DNA of 63,638 bases from Nanobdellota archaeon (GTDB lineage Archaea > Aenigmatarchaeota > Aenigmatarchaeia > Aenigmatarchaeales > Aenigmatarchaeaceae): NCBI GenBank assembly GCA_018901655.1, contig JAHIEG010000001.1, forward strand, positions 1-63,638, written 5' to 3'. Under the pieces are notes generated by a model. It saw nothing but the letters and a program-made list of their open reading frames with translations, did not search any database and had not been told where the DNA came from. The first letter of the stretch is position 1, and each line of letters opens with the position of its first letter. Of the stretch, positions 36,372 through 45,884 are shown piece after piece. The position numbers and the translations under genes were made by a program.

Positions 36372-36917
36372 TTAATCAACATATAATTCTAAATTTACTG
36401 TTGTACCATCTACTAACCATAATCTCGTTGTTGACTTCTGATCGGTATTTGGAACAATTATACCATCCTCATTATAAATCCCACCAAGTATCATTTCAGG
36501 ATCAGTTATTCTTAACAAATAATTTTTTGGTTGATTATTTTGATTTTTTCTTAATTTAAAATAAACATCGTTAAGTAAAGTGTTAGTTAACGCCGCAACA
36601 TCATATGTATTTCCTTCATAACTAACTATACACCCTTCTTTAACAGTACACGGATCAGGTTGTTGTATTGCAACTAATGTAAATAGTTTTTTCATTGGAA
36701 CTCCTGATTCTGTAGTTTCTAAAATTGCTAAAAGTACTCCGTCGTTTTTTAATGGATTTTCAAATAATTTTATTTTTAAATCTCTGGTCCAGTTATCATC
36801 ATCGCCAAATTTATATGTCATAATAACTGCCCACAACATTCCAGATATTAATAACATAGTTACCAATAAAACAAATAGCATAAAAATATCACTAAACATT
36901 GAAACTCCTTTTTTCAT
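36372..36917 (-). CDS. Minor pilin-like protein
   Basis: MKKG|VSMFSDIFMLFVLLV. Confidence 0.75.
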   Translation of the reverse strand: MKKGVSMFSDIFMLFVLLVTMLLISGMLWAVIMTYKFGDDDNWTRDLKIKLFENPLKNDGVLLAILETTESGVPMKKLFTLVAIQQPDPCTVKEGCIVSYEGNTYDVAALTNTLLNDVYFKLRKNQNNQPKNYLLRITDPEMILGGIYNEDGIIVPNTDQKSTTRLWLVDGTTVNLELYVD

Positions 36918-37381
36918 AATTTAACCTTCATATTAGCAAGTTTCACTTCTCCGTCTATCATTTTAATAGCAACTACATAATTTGCAGTTGCATCTTTAGC
37001 AACACATTTTTCTGTTGAAACTACACGACCTAAAGACGGCCCGATAGTATAAATCCATAAGTTTTCTGTATCTAAATTTTCTAATAGCTGAATTGTTATT
37101 GTGCCAGCATCAGATTTAATATCGCACGCTCCTTCTCCACCTGTTTTTAGACTATTTATTTTAGATTCTAAGAAAAGTCCTTTTATTGGATAACCACTTA
37201 CATCTGTTTCAACTAAACAACCATTTGATAATAATGTATCTCCTAAGACAACTGCTGTTTTGTGAGAATCTTCATAACATATAATTACATTGTACTGTAT
37301 GAATATGAAAAATATAGATAAAACCCCAACAATTGCAATAGCGATTGTTATTAATTTTAAAAAATCTTCAGTTAATTCCAT
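36914..37381 (-). CDS. Minor pilin-like protein lacking the basic leader
   Basis: MELTEDFLKLITIAIAIVGVLSIFF; TAATG coupling. Confidence 0.7.
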   Translation of the reverse strand: MELTEDFLKLITIAIAIVGVLSIFFIFIQYNVIICYEDSHKTAVVLGDTLLSNGCLVETDVSGYPIKGLFLESKINSLKTGGEGACDIKSDAGTITIQLLENLDTENLWIYTIGPSLGRVVSTEKCVAKDATANYVVAIKMIDGEVKLANMKVKL

Positions 37382-37830
37382 TAAGCAATAACCTCAATTT
37401 TACAGCCAGTGTCTGTAATTTCTTTTTTAATCCAAATTTGTTTAACATCTAAAAGTTGTATATCTAGATCTTCAATTTCACATGCTAGTGATAGTTCTGT
37501 TGGCTCTGCTGAAGCAAATTTTGTTTTCATCTCAGCTGCTTGTGAAGGTGCAATGTGTAAATAATAATAATCTGTTTCTAGATCTTTTTCTATTTGTAAT
37601 TTATGGTTTTTACCAGAAGATTCAATCTTTATTTTAAAATAACCAGGAGCATCATTTGCTGTAGTTAGTGCTACCTTTATACTATCTTGTAATATTATTG
37701 GTTCAGCATATTGCATGTAATCATATGTTCCCATTATTATACCATTTTGAGTAAATAGTATAGCAAATATCATTAAAACTAAAATTGCTTCTGCCAAAAG
37801 TTTAATTATATCTTTTGTTGTTTCAGGCAA
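37381..37830 (-). CDS. Minor pilin-like protein lacking the basic leader (TTG start)
   Basis: MPETTKDIIKLLAEAILVLMIFAILF. Confidence 0.65.
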   Translation of the reverse strand: MPETTKDIIKLLAEAILVLMIFAILFTQNGIIMGTYDYMQYAEPIILQDSIKVALTTANDAPGYFKIKIESSGKNHKLQIEKDLETDYYYLHIAPSQAAEMKTKFASAEPTELSLACEIEDLDIQLLDVKQIWIKKEITDTGCKIEVIA

Positions 37831-40353
37831 TTAATCATCTCCTGTAAGTTTTTTCATTTCTTCTTGAAATTTTCCATATGTACAAGTATCTGTACCTGCT
37901 TTCATTTTTTCAAATGTCATATCTTCAAATGGATAACCTGGCCAACTAATTGCAGCTTCTACTAATGATTGACCAATTGTAACAACATCTAAATCTATAG
38001 TTTTTCCAGCAAATGTCTTTAGTGATTCTTTAGCTGTTATTTCAACTACTTTACCTCCTATTTTAAACGTTCCCATTGATACTAATGATAAAGCAACATC
38101 TGTATAATCACTTATTGCCCAAATTGCTGCATATCTATTAACTAAGCTTTCATCTGCAAAACAATAATTAGAAGCACCACCTGCATCGCATTTTTCCATT
38201 GAAATAAAAATAGTGTTTTCACCTTCTATTACCTCATTGGTTTTCCATATTTTTGCTTTTGCAAAACAAGGACTTACCACATAAAACCGTGGATGTTCTG
38301 GAACGTGCATCAATGCTATTTGTGGACTACCATACTGTGCAAGACTATTAACCGGTCTCCAAACTCTTACAAAGTAATTATCTGCTTCTTCACTCATATA
38401 ATGTGGATCTTCTGATTCTGTTACGTGATCATAAAGACATATTGAATTTCCTTCACAATATTCTGTCATTGCTTCTCCTACAAATTGTTTTAATACCCAA
38501 CTATTTGGATTTACCATTGCAGTACCATCTATGTAAATCATTTTACCTATTTCTTGACTAGCATATTGTCTAGGAAGAGTTGTTGGTAATGTGTCAATAT
38601 CTTGTGTTAAAAAGCCAAGCATAATTCCAAGTTCTTTTATAGCTTCTGGGTCAGTTGGGTTATCTTTCAAACGAGCTGTAATTCTTCTAAAGAAATCTTC
38701 ATTTCCTACAGTTTCAAATCCTAATTTATCAACATATACAATTCCAGGAACATCAGAAACAATTGTAGCATCATCAAGTTTTGTTGCAAGATTGTTATAA
38801 ATCTCATCAAATTGAGATTCTGAAATATCTCCAAAATTATCAAGTTCTTTAACCTGTTCGAATATATTTCGCTTTACTGTTGTTGGTGATATAAGATACT
38901 CGTCAAAATTATTTTGCATTTCATTTATAATTACTCTGTCAACATTGTATACTGATTCTTTTGGTAATAACCACATACCACCATCTGGCATATCATTTAC
39001 AAAAGAAATAATATGTGATTGCTTTATTTCACTTGCTGATGTTAATTTGAATTTTTTCATTATTGATTCTTTTACCGATTGTTTTGATTCTATTATAGGC
39101 ATTACTACATGTTTATGAAAATCGTCTCCAACATTTAAATCCGCAGCCATATTTAATACAGATAACTTTAATGCAAGAGCTGAATCTGCATCAATAGGTG
39201 TTTTTTCTAACATGTGAGTTGGACTTATTCTCTGAAATAATTTTTTTAATTTTCCACCTTCTTTAAGAGGATTGTATACATGTTTATACATTCCAGTTTG
39301 TGTTATATCAAAATTAGAAAGTTTTGTCCAAGTAGAAACACCCTCTGTATCAAATTCATATATTTCTTTTATTAAATCACGATTAGCTTTATTTATACTG
39401 GTATCAAATGCATAATCATGCATTACATCATATGGAACATATGTAAGTTCTTCAAAACCACTTCCTGCTTCTGCAGCAGTTCTTGCTAATAAACTATCGA
39501 TTATTTCTCCTTTAGCATTTTTTTTAACAAAAAGAGTTTTTTCGATTCTAACAAAATCTGCATCTGTTACAAACATTCTTACTGGACGGGGAGTTTTACT
39601 TAATCCTGCCTTGCCTGCTGGACTAAATAATACTTCTTGTGCATCTTCTGCAAGCCAACCACTAAGTTTCATACTTTCAAGTGCATTAAATGCATCTGCT
39701 TTCCCCATAATACTAATAAATTCTTCTGCTTTGCCACTTTGTTTAAATTCTTTATATGCAATTTTCAGAGCTGGATTATTATCTATCATATTCATTGTTT
39801 TCTTTGAATTCTTCAAAATTTGTATAAATGATGATCTTTCTTTAAGAATCCTATGAATTGTTGTTGTTGCAGATAACCCCATTTTAACTTTAGCAAATGC
39901 AACATACTTAATTCCTCTTGCTGCAGCAGTTCCTAATCTCAAACCACCCCAGAAAAATAAACTTGATGCTGCACCACCTGACCATGGATAATTTTCTGTC
40001 CACATCCAAGCACCACCATTGAAGAATCCTTCTGGAAACTGTTCATAATAAATTTGATATTCTGGAAAGCCTCCCATAAAAGATTGTGTGTAAGAATAGA
40101 ATGAATGTTGTTGACAAAGTGATATTTGTTTTTCAACATAAACCCCCGGATCGTTTGGAACACCATCACCGGTATATGACTCATAGTTTTCTGCTACGTC
40201 ATTTATTCCTATTCTTAACTGTTCTGCTGTAACACTTGCTAAATCATTACATTTTGGTGATCCGAAAACATTCCAAAAAAGTAGAAGAACAAATACAAAA
40301 ACAACAACCATCATTACTATTTGTGTTGTTATTTCTGTTCCTTTCATGGGCAA
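37831..40353 (-). CDS. Giant (840 aa) class III signal peptide protein
   Basis: MPMKG|TEITTQIVMMVVVFVFVLLLF; internal Gly/Ala amphipathic segments. Confidence 0.8.
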   Translation of the reverse strand: MPMKGTEITTQIVMMVVVFVFVLLLFWNVFGSPKCNDLASVTAEQLRIGINDVAENYESYTGDGVPNDPGVYVEKQISLCQQHSFYSYTQSFMGGFPEYQIYYEQFPEGFFNGGAWMWTENYPWSGGAASSLFFWGGLRLGTAAARGIKYVAFAKVKMGLSATTTIHRILKERSSFIQILKNSKKTMNMIDNNPALKIAYKEFKQSGKAEEFISIMGKADAFNALESMKLSGWLAEDAQEVLFSPAGKAGLSKTPRPVRMFVTDADFVRIEKTLFVKKNAKGEIIDSLLARTAAEAGSGFEELTYVPYDVMHDYAFDTSINKANRDLIKEIYEFDTEGVSTWTKLSNFDITQTGMYKHVYNPLKEGGKLKKLFQRISPTHMLEKTPIDADSALALKLSVLNMAADLNVGDDFHKHVVMPIIESKQSVKESIMKKFKLTSASEIKQSHIISFVNDMPDGGMWLLPKESVYNVDRVIINEMQNNFDEYLISPTTVKRNIFEQVKELDNFGDISESQFDEIYNNLATKLDDATIVSDVPGIVYVDKLGFETVGNEDFFRRITARLKDNPTDPEAIKELGIMLGFLTQDIDTLPTTLPRQYASQEIGKMIYIDGTAMVNPNSWVLKQFVGEAMTEYCEGNSICLYDHVTESEDPHYMSEEADNYFVRVWRPVNSLAQYGSPQIALMHVPEHPRFYVVSPCFAKAKIWKTNEVIEGENTIFISMEKCDAGGASNYCFADESLVNRYAAIWAISDYTDVALSLVSMGTFKIGGKVVEITAKESLKTFAGKTIDLDVVTIGQSLVEAAISWPGYPFEDMTFEKMKAGTDTCTYGKFQEEMKKLTGDD

Positions 40354-40622
40354 TCACACAAAGAATATATTTGGTCTTCTGAATAATCACCATTTGGTAT
40401 AACAAAATCTGATAGGAAATTACCATCATCGCATTCAATAAAACCTATTGTAGCAGGATTACAATCATTTGCTAAATATTTTCCACAACAACTTTTTAAC
40501 TTACTTTGTTCTCCTAAACTTCTTCCAGGTTCTGTAACTGTTCCAGATAATACTAATAATAATGCTACTAAAACAACAATAACAAGTACAATTGTAATCA
40601 TTTTATTAATCGCTAGATCCAT
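40344..40622 (-). CDS. Pilin-like protein lacking the basic leader
   Basis: MDLAINKMITIVLVIVVLVALL; CC...C Cys pattern as in the 34065 and 34510 genes. Confidence 0.75.
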   Translation of the reverse strand: MDLAINKMITIVLVIVVLVALLLVLSGTVTEPGRSLGEQSKLKSCCGKYLANDCNPATIGFIECDDGNFLSDFVIPNGDYSEDQIYSLCDCP

Positions 40623-40947
40623 CTGTTTCCCCTCTTTTTGATGTACATAGGTCTATACATTTTTGTTTAAATGTCGGATTTGCAAGAGTTTTAGTACTAC
40701 TAGTAGGATCAATATCACTTACTCCAAGCGCGGTTCGACATTGTTCGTTCATATTTATTGTTCCGTCTGTTGTTTCAAATTCAGAATGTTTATAGCTATC
40801 TCCAAACCAAAAAAGACAGGCCTGACTAAAAGATATTTTATTTCCAGTCATATCTCTTGCACTTGCACTAGTGGTAGAAACCCATACAAACACAAGAACT
40901 ATAACAATTACTACTACTATAATTGATGTCATCATCTTTTCTGGCAT
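40606..40947 (-). CDS. Pilin-like protein
   Basis: MPEKMMTSIIVVVIVIVLVFVW; SFSQAC motif. Confidence 0.7.
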   Translation of the reverse strand: MPEKMMTSIIVVVIVIVLVFVWVSTTSASARDMTGNKISFSQACLFWFGDSYKHSEFETTDGTINMNEQCRTALGVSDIDPTSSTKTLANPTFKQKCIDLCTSKRGETDGSSD

Positions 40948-41018
40948 AAAAGAGATATGTATTTACCTATTAATAAAAACTATGGTGTTTGAATATTAAG
41001 AGATTTGATATCTTTAAC

Positions 41019-41195
41019 CTAGAATGGTATTTTAAATGTTATCAGATTTGATATTTTTGAACCTATAGCTGTTAAAAAACCTGATTGAATTGCCATAAAA
41101 GTAAGTACAACAACTAATACAAATACTGCTAAAACAATCATTAATATTCCCGTTCCTTCTGCTAACCCTTTATTTGATGCATTTACTTTGATCAC
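41019..41195 (-). CDS. Small pilin-like protein (58 aa, GTG start)
   Basis: MIKVNASNKG|LAEGTGILMIVLAVFVLVVVLTFMAI...; not in the ORF track. Confidence 0.6.
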   Translation of the reverse strand: MIKVNASNKGLAEGTGILMIVLAVFVLVVVLTFMAIQSGFLTAIGSKISNLITFKIPF

Positions 41196-41448
41196 ATTTA
41201 TAATCTCCTATAAGATGATTACAATCATCATCTATTCTACAACTACAGTGTATTTCTGGAAGATCAGAACAAAAAGAACCAAGTTCACTATCTATACAAT
41301 AATCTGGTGAATTTTCACATGTTTCGATTTCTTCTGTTGGTTCTGCACTAGTATTGGTTAATCCTCCAGCTAATCCTGACCAGACAATAGCTACTATAAT
41401 AACTAAAATTATTACAGCTTGTGTTACTCGTATAGCCATTGCTTTCAT
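41170..41448 (-). CDS. Pilin-like protein with a Cys-rich C-terminal knot
   Basis: MKA|MAIRVTQAVIILVII; six Cys in the last 50 aa. Confidence 0.7.
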   Translation of the reverse strand: MKAMAIRVTQAVIILVIIVAIVWSGLAGGLTNTSAEPTEEIETCENSPDYCIDSELGSFCSDLPEIHCSCRIDDDCNHLIGDYKCDQSKCIK

Positions 41449-41489
41449 AAATATAATTAATAGAAGAAGTTAATAAAGATTAAATTTGT

Positions 41490-43031
41490 TTAACTAAGTA
41501 AAGAACCGCCATTTCCAGTTTCAGGTGGTATTGGAGGAATTATTTTTGATATTATAATTAATCTTTCTTTGGCATATATGTCATTACCAAATCCGTCACG
41601 CGTAGCGACACCTGTATCTTCTGTCCTATATATATAATTTGTAACTATCATTCTATATTCTTTATCCTTATAAATTTTTTCATTTGAAATCATATTGTGT
41701 GGTATTATTTTATACGGAGTTTCTATTGTTGTTTCTCCCATAGCCCAGTATGGACCCGTTCCCGTGACAGGTCGTTGTGGAAAACAAGAATATATATTTT
41801 CTTGGAAGCACGATGTTTCAATTGTTACACCATATGAAGCATCAGTAGAATAGATATTTCCAGCATCAATTGCAATCTTGAATGCTTCTAAAGTAAAATC
41901 TGCTTCTGCTGTAAAATTAATATCAATAATTTTTCTCATATCTTGTATAAATAAACCGGCATAATTGTCTCTATATGAGAATTTTTTATTATTGATATTA
42001 TCTGATAGTGTAGTTAAACTTGCTGTACCAATATCATAGTTTTCTAAAAATGATTGATAATATATTCTATATCCACTATAACCAGTATCTCTATCTATTG
42101 TAACAATATAGTGATTTCCAAAGATAGGTGGGAAATTGTCATTATTTTTAATTATGCATTTTTCTGAATCTGTCCATCTTGAGCCCTCTTTTTGAGTTCC
42201 TGAATTTGGTACTACACCATTTGCAAAATTTACATTACAATATTTATATTCACTTTTATCTTTTGGTTCTTTCATTAATCTATCATTAAGACAATCTTCG
42301 TCATCTTCATTAGAACATTCATCATTTCCAACCCAGTTATTATCAGGATGGGCACAAGTTTGGCTACCAGAATTATGAGATTCGTCTTCTATTGTAAGGA
42401 TTCCGTTAATATAACGTCGTTCATTTGCAAATATTACATTTTTTTCTGTACCGTCATAATTTTTAGTTTTACCTTGCCACACACCACAAAAATTGTGATC
42501 ACCAACTTTTAATAAATTAAAATTTTTATTTATACAAACTTCATTTAGAAGATCACAGGTTGCACACTCGATATCATTTGGTGGACCAGCTACAGTTTTA
42601 AGTTCATAATATCCTATTAAACACTGTTTTCTGCTTTTTCCACCACCTGGCTCATTAACACAGTAATAACCGTCTTCATATTTACCAAGACCCATTTTTC
42701 TACTGCCAGCTTTGGTAAAATCGCCATCATAGTCTCCATAAAGTATCATATCATCATAAATATTTTTTGCAATTGCACAGCCGTAATCTGAAATAGTTGG
42801 ATCCACTGTATCTTTTATATAATCTACAAAATTGGTTACTTCAAGATCTCCACCGCCTCCTTGACCGTCTTGACCTCCAGTACCTGGACCACCATCAATA
42901 TCAGGTCTAATACCAAGTAGACCTGGAATATCAAGAGCACTAACTTCTCCAGTAAAACCAACACTAACTAATATTACTACTAAAACAACAATAATTCCAG
43001 CCATTAAACTTTTCCAAGTTACTCCTTTCAT
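41490..43031 (-). CDS. Large class III signal peptide surface protein, Cys-rich with a Gly linker
   Basis: MKG|VTWKSLMAGIIVVLVVILV; GGPGTGGQDGQGGGG linker. Confidence 0.78.
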   Translation of the reverse strand: MKGVTWKSLMAGIIVVLVVILVSVGFTGEVSALDIPGLLGIRPDIDGGPGTGGQDGQGGGGDLEVTNFVDYIKDTVDPTISDYGCAIAKNIYDDMILYGDYDGDFTKAGSRKMGLGKYEDGYYCVNEPGGGKSRKQCLIGYYELKTVAGPPNDIECATCDLLNEVCINKNFNLLKVGDHNFCGVWQGKTKNYDGTEKNVIFANERRYINGILTIEDESHNSGSQTCAHPDNNWVGNDECSNEDDEDCLNDRLMKEPKDKSEYKYCNVNFANGVVPNSGTQKEGSRWTDSEKCIIKNNDNFPPIFGNHYIVTIDRDTGYSGYRIYYQSFLENYDIGTASLTTLSDNINNKKFSYRDNYAGLFIQDMRKIIDINFTAEADFTLEAFKIAIDAGNIYSTDASYGVTIETSCFQENIYSCFPQRPVTGTGPYWAMGETTIETPYKIIPHNMISNEKIYKDKEYRMIVTNYIYRTEDTGVATRDGFGNDIYAKERLIIISKIIPPIPPETGNGGSLLS

Positions 43032-43062
43032 AACAATAATTAAGTAAAACCAATATATAAAA
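43024..43062 (-). promoter_or_regulatory. Leaderless promoter element C2
   Basis: 37/39 identical to 34823-34861. Confidence 0.7.
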
Positions 43063-43070
43063 CTATAAAA

Positions 43071-43274
43071 TTAACCACCCGGAATTGCTGCACAAGCTTG
43101 ACTTAGGGCACCCATCATACTAGCAAGAGGTACCCAAAATAATATTCCACATACTATCCATCTAACTACAGCACCGCCAGTTAATTTATTTATTAAATAT
43201 ATAAAAATTAAAAAACCTATTAATATGAATATTGTTGTACTAACCATTTTTAATGTTTCTTCTGTTGTTTCCAT
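43071..43274 (-). CDS. Small hydrophobic pilin-like protein
   Basis: METTEETLKMVSTTIFILIGF. Confidence 0.65.
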   Translation of the reverse strand: METTEETLKMVSTTIFILIGFLIFIYLINKLTGGAVVRWIVCGILFWVPLASMMGALSQACAAIPGG

Positions 43275-43281
43275 AAAATCA

Positions 43282-43512
43282 CTACCAAGGCACTAAACTA
43301 CCTATTGTTGATATTATTGCTTTAGATATTCCTGAAAATATACCAGTATATCCAGTAGCAGATAATAACATTTGACCCATAACATCAAACATTGTTTTGC
43401 CCATTCCACTAGTAAAAAGTGGTAAGACAAATTTAAAAATAACAAGTACAGCAATTAAAGATATTATTATTATCGCTACTAATTGAACTGGTTCTGGTCC
43501 TGCTTCTCCCAT
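43282..43512 (-). CDS. Small hydrophobic pilin-like protein
   Basis: MGEAGPEPVQLVAIIIISLIAVLV; SD gaggt. Confidence 0.65.
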   Translation of the reverse strand: MGEAGPEPVQLVAIIIISLIAVLVIFKFVLPLFTSGMGKTMFDVMGQMLLSATGYTGIFSGISKAIISTIGSLVPW

Positions 43513-43521
43513 ATTAATACC

Positions 43522-43677
43522 TCATATTGAAAATAACTTTGTCATTGCTTTTAAAAAGCCTGAAAATATCCCTGTTTCTAAATGTGGATACATTACTATA
43601 AACAAACCTACAGCTATAAGTATAAATGCAAATCCTATTATTATTTTTGTTACCATTGAAATTGTTTCTGGTTCCAT
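43522..43677 (-). CDS. Small hydrophobic pilin-like protein (51 aa)
   Basis: MEPETISMVTKIIIGFAFILIAVGLFIVMYPHLETGIFSGFLKAMTKLFSI; not in the ORF track. Confidence 0.6.
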   Translation of the reverse strand: MEPETISMVTKIIIGFAFILIAVGLFIVMYPHLETGIFSGFLKAMTKLFSI

Positions 43678-43681
43678 ATTA

Positions 43682-43807
43682 TTACCCGTTTAAAGTTACT
43701 TCTGTTCCTATTAAATTAAATAATATTTCTTTTCCGAATAAAATAAATAGAGCTGCAATAAACAGACCCACAATTACCCAAAATAAAATCATTTGACTTT
43801 GACCCAT
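43682..43807 (-). CDS. Small hydrophobic pilin-like protein (41 aa)
   Basis: MG|QSQMILFWVIVGLFIAALFILFGKEILFNLIGTEVTLNG; not in the ORF track. Confidence 0.55.
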   Translation of the reverse strand: MGQSQMILFWVIVGLFIAALFILFGKEILFNLIGTEVTLNG

Positions 43808-43808
43808 A

Positions 43809-45884
43809 TTATACCACCGGATTTAGTAGTACACCCAATGAATCTCCAAATACGGAGAATGATATGTACCAACTAATAATATATACAAGTATTCCAATTA
43901 TTAAAACTGACCACATGCTGTTTCTAATTCCAATCTTATCTTCACCATATTTAATCTGATTCAAAAACATTGAAAGTAAAACTCCCATTTCAACCATATA
44001 AATTCCTACAATTAATTGAAAAACTGCTGGACTAATTGGAGGTGCTCCACCCATTGCCCAAGGAATTAACATTAAACCTTGTGCAGCAGAAACACCTGCG
44101 CCTGATTCCATTATTCCACCAAGAGTTGAACCAAGTTGTGATAAGATTTGTAGAATAACAACAGCCATTGTTACTGTTACACCTGCTACCATTGGAGCTA
44201 AGAACATTGCTAAAAATTGCATAGATGTTATTGTTTCACCAAGAATTTCATCAATTTCTTCTTTAACATTGTGAACATTTTTAAGATAATTAGAAACTAC
44301 AATCATAGAAGTTGAAGCTGTTTGAATTGATTTTTTAGAAGATTCAATTATTGTTTGCATAATTGATTGAATTAAAGTTGAAGGATAATAATAAATTGCA
44401 CCAACATCTTTGTCAAACAAAGCTTGTTCAAACGTATAACCGAATTTTTTCATATTCATACTTATTATTTCAAACAGTTCAGCAATCTTTAGACCTTTCA
44501 TATTTGATCTTGCTTTATCAATTGCTAATTCAATTGGCATTCCACTTGCTAAAACATTTCCTAATTGGAATAATGCAACTGAAAACTCATCTTCAATTTG
44601 TTCAATATCTTTTCTTATTTTCATTTTTTGAAAACTATCTAATAAGCAGTATGAACCAATTCCTATTGATAAAGAAAATATTACTATCATAGAATATGCT
44701 ACAGAAGTGTATGTATCAGGATTGTTTATTCCAACAAAACCAAATATCAATAAAGGTAAACTAATTCCTATTGCTACAGGTAAAACTGGTATGTTCATAT
44801 TTTTAAATTTAAAGTATCCCATTTTTGGAATTCCTTTTGCCATTGAAACATCTGGTTGTGAAAATGTTGGAGGTTTAGATTGTAAAATATAACTTGTGAA
44901 AAATAATAAAGCTAATGGTAATAACACATCATATCCTAAAAATACAAAAATCGGTTTTACCTTTTCTGCCATAAAGATCATAACAATAGGAAACATTACT
45001 AATCCCATTACTGGTAATAAAACTCCCATTGCATGTATCATCATCATTGGCATTCTTAATCCAGAAGCATAGTGTTTTGCTCTTTCTCGAGTTCCATTAA
45101 GTATAACACTTATTGTTTCATCAAAAATAATATTTCGTCTAGAAGGTTCAACTGCAACTCCTCTTAATAGATGTAAAGCTTCTGCAAATTCTTTGTTCTT
45201 ATCTTTCCACTTGTAAACATATTCAAGTAATGCTGCGTCCGCAGAAGAATGAACTCCAACTTCAATATCCCAAATTAATTTTTTAAGATCCCATGAAAGA
45301 GGTCCTTTAAGATGTTGTGCAGCAAATTTTAATGCTCCTTCTAAATTTGGAGAAGTTCGCATGTAAATAACCATATATAGAACAGCAAGAACTGTATCTG
45401 AAGACATTCTCATTCCCATAACTTTTGCTTGCATTGTTGGATAATTATAAAGATAATAAGCAGTTCCTGCAGCACATATTAGTAAAACTATACCAACTGC
45501 TCCTCCTATTCCTAGGAAAATTAAACCAAAAGTTAAAGCAAATAATAATAAACCTATTATAACAGAAAATGATAAAACTCCTTTTGGAGTAGCATGCATG
45601 AAAGATGCTTTAATATTTTCTTCTAACTTATCTGCCATCTTTTGATCTGGTTTTATTGGAAATATTTTTTCAGAAAATGCACAAGATAATTCAAACCAAG
45701 TTTTTGGTTTAGTCTCTATTTCAGTTAAAAACTGTTTATATTCTCTTGTTTTAAATGAAGAACTGGAACTTCCTGTTGGCATTTCTATTCGAGATAATTT
45801 TTTTATTTTTTCAATCTCTTTAAGTCTTTTTTCTTTTGCTCTTTTTTCAGCTTCAGTTATTTTTTTACTTTTTTTAAATGCCAT
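43809..45884 (-). CDS. Type IV pilus membrane platform protein (TadC/ArlJ-like, T2SSF duplicate)
   Basis: Two cytoplasmic T2SSF-like domains (SPNLEGAL; LASGMPIELAI) with TM bundles; immediately downstream of the ATPase. Confidence 0.85.
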   Translation of the reverse strand: MAFKKSKKITEAEKRAKEKRLKEIEKIKKLSRIEMPTGSSSSSFKTREYKQFLTEIETKPKTWFELSCAFSEKIFPIKPDQKMADKLEENIKASFMHATPKGVLSFSVIIGLLLFALTFGLIFLGIGGAVGIVLLICAAGTAYYLYNYPTMQAKVMGMRMSSDTVLAVLYMVIYMRTSPNLEGALKFAAQHLKGPLSWDLKKLIWDIEVGVHSSADAALLEYVYKWKDKNKEFAEALHLLRGVAVEPSRRNIIFDETISVILNGTRERAKHYASGLRMPMMMIHAMGVLLPVMGLVMFPIVMIFMAEKVKPIFVFLGYDVLLPLALLFFTSYILQSKPPTFSQPDVSMAKGIPKMGYFKFKNMNIPVLPVAIGISLPLLIFGFVGINNPDTYTSVAYSMIVIFSLSIGIGSYCLLDSFQKMKIRKDIEQIEDEFSVALFQLGNVLASGMPIELAIDKARSNMKGLKIAELFEIISMNMKKFGYTFEQALFDKDVGAIYYYPSTLIQSIMQTIIESSKKSIQTASTSMIVVSNYLKNVHNVKEEIDEILGETITSMQFLAMFLAPMVAGVTVTMAVVILQILSQLGSTLGGIMESGAGVSAAQGLMLIPWAMGGAPPISPAVFQLIVGIYMVEMGVLLSMFLNQIKYGEDKIGIRNSMWSVLIIGILVYIISWYISFSVFGDSLGVLLNPVV

